21,140 nt of DNA from NCBI RefSeq assembly GCF_006345805.1, contig NW_021823829.1, positions 1 to 21,140 of the forward strand, in the 5' to 3' direction. Below are positions 20,270 through 21,140 of the stretch, in pieces. Source of the DNA: Octopus sinensis (lineage: Eukaryota). The translations under genes and the position numbers were made by a program. The notes beneath the pieces were generated by a model. The model saw nothing but the letters and a program-made list of their open reading frames with translations, did no database searches and was not told where the DNA came from. The first letter of the stretch is position 1. Every line of letters starts with the position of its first letter.

Positions 20270-20499
20270 TTTGTTAGAAATCAGAGTCAGAACAACTCTT
20301 AACCGCGGACAAGCATTTATCTAATGACTGACAAGGGAGATAAGCCCCTTTCGGCAAGCGTGGTAGAGCCAGATCATCGATAATTTGATTAATCTTCATC
20401 AGTGACTCTCACCTGAGTCACCGATGAGAGAGTCTAAGAGACAAACAGACAGACAGGCAGAAACAGAGTGAGGTAGACAGACAAACAGACAGAGAGTAA

Positions 20500-20844
20500 T
20501 GATACATACATACATACATAATACATACATACATACATACATACACATACATACATACATACATACACATACATACATACATACATACATACATACATGC
20601 ACACATACATACATACATACATACATGCATGCATATACAGACATACATACATACATACATATACCTACATGCATACATACATACATACATAAATACATAC
20701 ATACATACATACACACATACATACATACATACATACATACATGCACACATACATACATACATACATATACATCATACATACATACATACATGCATACATA
20801 TACATACATACATACATACATACATACATAAATACATACATACA

Positions 20845-20876
<32 letters not shown>

Positions 20877-20972
20877 AAGACATACATGCATACATGCATA
20901 CATGCATACATACATACATACATACATATATACATATATACATACATGCATACATGCATACATACATGTATA
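20500..20972. repeat. (TACA)n array, ~470 bp
   Basis: Direct inspection. Confidence 0.97.
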
Positions 20973-20977
20973 TGTTT

Positions 20978-21109
20978 GGCAGCGAATTAGCAGACTTGTT
21001 AGGTAGAGCGCCTTGTAGTATTCGTCCCAGTTCCCTACGCTTTGAGTTGAGATACGTTTGAAGTCAACTTCGACATACACCAATTTCGAGCCGATAAAAT
21101 AAAGTTCCA
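20978..21109 (+). mobile_element. Highly diverged SINE family 3 fragment
   Basis: GGCAGCGAATTAGCAGA..TACGCTTTGAGTTGA..AGTCAACTT..TTTCGAGCCGATAAAATAAAG resembles the family 3 head and core. Confidence 0.55.
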
Positions 21110-21140
21110 TTTTGGTTTTTTCTCTATCTCTCTCTCTCTC

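Noticed and set aside
20399-21110. Multiple 70-186 aa ORFs (CMYV/HTYI repeats)
   Set aside because: (TACA)n array translations

Overview
AT-rich, microsatellite-dense eukaryotic non-coding DNA (intron or intergenic). The SINE families and repeat load point to an octopus (coleoid cephalopod) genome; this is inferred from recalled repeat families, not from a search. No intact protein-coding gene is evident, and almost all ORF-track entries are microsatellite artefacts. The window is a nested transposon landscape. It holds a full-length DD34D mariner (17046-18344, three in-frame stops, no frameshift) inside a non-autonomous Helitron (16738-18481), and a solo-LTR-like element inside a deleted mariner (~962-2176). 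It also holds a 1.46-kb hAT-like element with long subterminal inverted repeats and an 8-bp TSD, two more Tc1/mariner relics, three tRNA-SINE families, and a LINE 3' end in a (GATA)n array that shares its tail with a SINE. The most interesting signal is a pair of Penelope-like pseudo-LTR copies: one carries a degenerate type I hammerhead ribozyme, and the other is an 81-bp fold-back whose apex maps to the predicted self-cleavage site. There is also one candidate minus-strand terminal exon and a cluster of three nuclear-receptor half-sites.
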